Below, piece by piece: positions 62,243 to 64,000 of a stretch of 64,000 nucleotides of DNA. The notes under the pieces are model-generated. The model was not told the origin of the DNA. It saw nothing but the letters and a program-made list of their open reading frames with translations, and ran no database searches. This DNA is from Guillardia theta CCMP2712 (Eukaryota > Protista > Cryptophyta): NCBI RefSeq assembly GCF_000315625.1, contig NW_005434616.1:186001-250000 (forward strand), read 5' to 3'. Position 1 is the stretch's first letter. Each line of letters starts with the position of its first letter. The position numbers and the translations under genes were made by a program.

Positions 62243-63229
62243 ATGCTCTCTGAAGCATGGGCTAGGGACCAAAAGCGGAGGAAGCAGCAATCAAACTGCT
62301 TTCTTGAGTACCAGAAGGAAGATGGCGAACGAGTTCACTTGCTGTTCAAAGCCTGCGATCTCTTGTGTGAGTTCTCACGTCAGTTTGACGAGATTGTAAA
62401 TGAGTGTCTTGAGAAGGGATGTTCAAGGTCGTGCATCAGGTATCCCTCTGCTGGCTTCCTCTTCTCGGCGTTGATATGTGTCCTCGTGCTTATTTCCGCA
62501 TATTCAAACTTGGCATTAGCATCGTTGGAGATACTTGTTGGGTTTCCTTTCCTCATGTCTCTTAACTATTCTAGGATAGTCCGAACTTCACAAGAGATGA
62601 GCTCCTTACTTGTGACTGGCTGTTTCTGTGTCGTGATGTCGTGCTTGGTTTGGATTTGGATGAGTTTTCAGGTCGGGTCGCTCATGCTTGGTTTGCTCGC
62701 TGTGATTCCTTGCTTCCTCCTCTTCCTCATATTCTACTGCAAACGTTTGTCTACACAGCCAAAAGTTGCGAATGAAGACGAAAATACGATTTACAGGAGC
62801 AAAATTTGCAGTTGGTGTGGATTGAGGAGACGCCGCTTTGACCATCATTGCATCTGGATTGATTGCTGTGTCTATGACAAAACTCACCGAACTTTCATTC
62901 TTATTCTGATTGCTTCAATACTTTGCTCTTCTGCTTTCGTGGTCTTTGCGTTTTACTTCTCCAGTCAGCTTTTCCAGAATTCAGATTCGACAATAGTGAA
63001 TTTGGCCGGCATGCTGCATTTGAAACACCCGTTCGTTTTTGCTACCATGCTGATCAATTTTGTATTCGGAGGCGTTGTCTTTATAATCCTGTCGATGCAA
63101 ATATTCTGTATAGCTCAGAATCTCACTGTCAACGAGTTGTTCAATCACAATCGTTACTTCATTATTGAGCATCGAGACAAGCCTGAAGATCGAGGGTATA
63201 CTGAATGTGCACTTGGTGAAAATGTCTGA
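62243..63229 (+). CDS. DHHC palmitoyl acyltransferase
   Basis: CSWC..RFDHHCIWIDCCV..THRTFIL; flanking TM helices; NLTVNE motif. Confidence 0.9.
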   Translation: MLSEAWARDQKRRKQQSNCFLEYQKEDGERVHLLFKACDLLCEFSRQFDEIVNECLEKGCSRSCIRYPSAGFLFSALICVLVLISAYSNLALASLEILVGFPFLMSLNYSRIVRTSQEMSSLLVTGCFCVVMSCLVWIWMSFQVGSLMLGLLAVIPCFLLFLIFYCKRLSTQPKVANEDENTIYRSKICSWCGLRRRRFDHHCIWIDCCVYDKTHRTFILILIASILCSSAFVVFAFYFSSQLFQNSDSTIVNLAGMLHLKHPFVFATMLINFVFGGVVFIILSMQIFCIAQNLTVNELFNHNRYFIIEHRDKPEDRGYTECALGENV

Positions 63230-63389
63230 TCTGTTTTCAGGGTAAGGCGGAATGTATTTGGATTCATCGAAGGTTCTGTTCATGTATTCGGAGCAGTTTT
63301 GCCGAGTGACAAGGTTGAAGCTATGTAACATGATTCAATGAGTATTTGTAAATGTGCACATTTTACTCCACAAAGAGAATAATGGTAAC

Positions 63390-64000
63390 TTAAATCTTGA
63401 TGCCATCCGCAGGCTCAAACTTGGAGCCCAACTCAGAGAGCTTCTTGTGGGCATTAGCGTAGGACTTGAAGAATTCGTCCTGGCTGTCCCTGAACTTCTC
63501 AGCGAAGGGACGGAAGCCCTCGTCGTCGAAGAGGGTCTTGTCGGTGGACAGCTTCAAGAGCTCAGGATCAGCTGACTTGTTGGGGATGGTGGTAAAGTAC
63601 GAGTTGTCGAACTTGAGCCACTTCTCAGTCCAGCTCGATCCACCAGTTCTACCGATTCCAGCCTTGCCATCAGCACGGGCAACCTGGCTGCCATCAGTGA
63701 ATTTAGTCTTCTCTGCTCCGAGTCCAGAGCGATCCTTGAAGGCACGGCCAAGGGTGTGGGCGCCAGAGAGAGCGACGATCTCCTCATCGTTCAATCCCAT
63801 ACGGTAGAAGACCTTGCGCAAGTGACCGTTGGGGGTAGTGTCCTCCGTGGGCTTGGTTCCGGAAGTACCTCCATACTTGCCGTTGGGTCCAGCCTCAGCA
63901 TCGGGGAGGTTGCCCTCGGGGGAGCAATCCTGGGGGCCGGCAGCATCGACACGACCGTACTTCATGTCGATCTTGGGACCTCCAGCAAGCTCAATGGCGC
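63390..64000 (-). CDS. APX: Ascorbate peroxidase (plastid-type features), 5' part outside window
   Basis: [73 protein letters not shown]. Confidence 0.93.
   Translation of the reverse strand, partial: AIELAGGPKIDMKYGRVDAAGPQDCSPEGNLPDAEAGPNGKYGGTSGTKPTEDTTPNGHLRKVFYRMGLNDEEIVALSGAHTLGRAFKDRSGLGAEKTKFTDGSQVARADGKAGIGRTGGSSWTEKWLKFDNSYFTTIPNKSADPELLKLSTDKTLFDDEGFRPFAEKFRDSQDEFFKSYANAHKKLSELGSKFEPADGIKI

Overview
Gene-dense eukaryotic nuclear DNA with many short (~40-60 nt) GT-AG introns. The style and gene families suggest a cryptophyte alga such as Guillardia theta; this is inference, not verified. About 25 protein genes are recognisable, including a RING/beta-helix protein, a UPF1-like SF1 helicase, BiP, a SPRY protein, NUDT22-like Nudix, mitochondrial EF-Ts, a ferroportin-like transporter, an OGT/SPINDLY-like GT41, UFSP1-like protease, an Sfi1-like protein, three near-identical tandem articulin-like genes, an EF-hand/cNMP protein, cytochrome c peroxidase, TRM44, a flavin-reductase-like protein, a DHHC acyltransferase and APX. 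The most unusual signal is a family of histone-H4-derived units at two loci (~22.9-24.2 kb and ~42.5-45.3 kb): one intact but strongly divergent H4 variant plus decayed H4 copies. The decayed copies are followed by a non-coding, apparently structured ~200-bp element that is far better conserved (109/110 nt in one block) than the histone sequence in front of it. Two copies of this element form a ~600-bp fold-back. Exon boundaries were read by eye and some are approximate.
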